Assembly (NCBI RefSeq): GCF_031769215.1
Contig: NW_026781982.1
Span: forward strand, 1,364,001-1,428,000
Reading direction: 5' to 3'
From: Ylistrum balloti
Taxonomy: Eukaryota
Length of the DNA: 64,000 bases
The position numbers and the translations under genes are program-made. Under the pieces are notes generated by a model. That model had not been told where the DNA came from. It searched no databases and was given only the letters and a program-made list of their open reading frames with translations. The stretch's first letter is position 1. Every line of letters starts with the position of its first letter. Positions 63,245 to 64,000 of the stretch are shown in pieces.

Positions 63245-64000
63245 GTGGAGTACTGACCCACTGAACTGCATCAAGTATTAGTGGACTTATCTGGAGTACT
63301 GACCAACTTGAAGGGTGTGAACTGCATCGAGTATTAGTGGCCTTATCTGGAGTACTGACCAACTTGAAGGGTGTGAACTGCATCGAGTATTAGTGGACTT
63401 ATCTGGAGTACTGACCAACTTGAAGGGTGTGAACTGCATCGAGTATTAGTGGACTTATCTGGAGTACTGACCAACTTGAAGGGTGTGAACTGCATCGAGT
63501 ATTAGTGGCCTTATCTGGAGTACTGACCAACTTGAAGGGTGTGAACTGCATCGAGTATTAGTGGCCTTATCTGGAGTACTGACCAACTTGAAGGGTGTGA
63601 ACTGCATCGAGTATTAGTGGTCTTATCTGGAGTACTGACCAACTTGAAGGGTGTGAACTGCATCGAGTATTAGTGGTCTTATCTGGAGTACTGACCAACT
63701 TGAAGGATGTGAACTGCATCGAGTATTAGTGGTCTTATCTGGAGTACTGACCAACTTGAAGGATGTGAACTGCATCGAGTATTAGTGGCCTTATCTGGAG
63801 TACTGACCAACTTGAAGGGTGTGAACTGCATCGAGTATTAGTGGCCTTATCTGGAGTACTGACCAACTTGAAGGATGTGAACTGCATCGAGTATTAGTGG
63901 ACTTATCTGGAGTACTGACCAACTTGAAGGGTGTGAACTGCATCGAGTATTAGTGGCCTTATCTGGAGTACTGACCAACTTGAAGGATGTGAACTGCATC
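63245..64000. repeat. Minisatellite, 56-bp unit, at least 13 copies, runs off the window end
   Basis: GTGAACTGCATCGAGTATTAGTGGCCTTATCTGGAGTACTGACCAACTTGAAGGGT; spacing 63317 to 63373. Confidence 0.95.

Noticed and set aside
59376-64000. CRISPR-like regular repeats (and similar arrays elsewhere)
   Set aside because: Units are head-to-tail with no unique spacers, there are no cas genes, and the DNA is spliceosomal eukaryotic.

Overview
AT-rich animal genomic DNA, not prokaryotic. The mix of V-domain tRNA-derived SINEs, Helentron-type non-autonomous elements and many minisatellites suggests a mollusc, probably a bivalve (inference). One multi-exon minus-strand gene dominates the window: a BTB-BACK-6xKelch protein of the KLHL1/4/5 subfamily (KLHL5-like). 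I traced nine core coding exons by hand (33684 to 8876). All have AG/GT borders and consistent phases, giving 568 aa from the internal strong-Kozak ATG at 33638. Upstream are a symmetric 45-nt mini-exon (50500-50544) and four candidate alternative first exons (donors at 37249, 45209, 52121, 58815). Each of the four carries its own ATG and ends in phase 2, in frame with the common exon, suggesting a variable N-terminus on a constant body. The most unusual structure is a 3.4-kb minisatellite (33690-37075) built by tandem amplification of the 3' splice site of the BTB exon, which places about 45-50 AG|GT junction copies in front of the real acceptor. About 20 unrelated tandem arrays cover roughly 13-14 kb (about a fifth of the window) and explain nearly all long ORFs in the ORF track. 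The first ~1.1 kb looks like the 3' UTR of a convergent plus-strand gene whose poly(A) signal faces a minus-strand one. No CRISPR, rRNA or functional tRNA genes were found. All alternative-exon and regulatory calls come from sequence alone and need transcript data.
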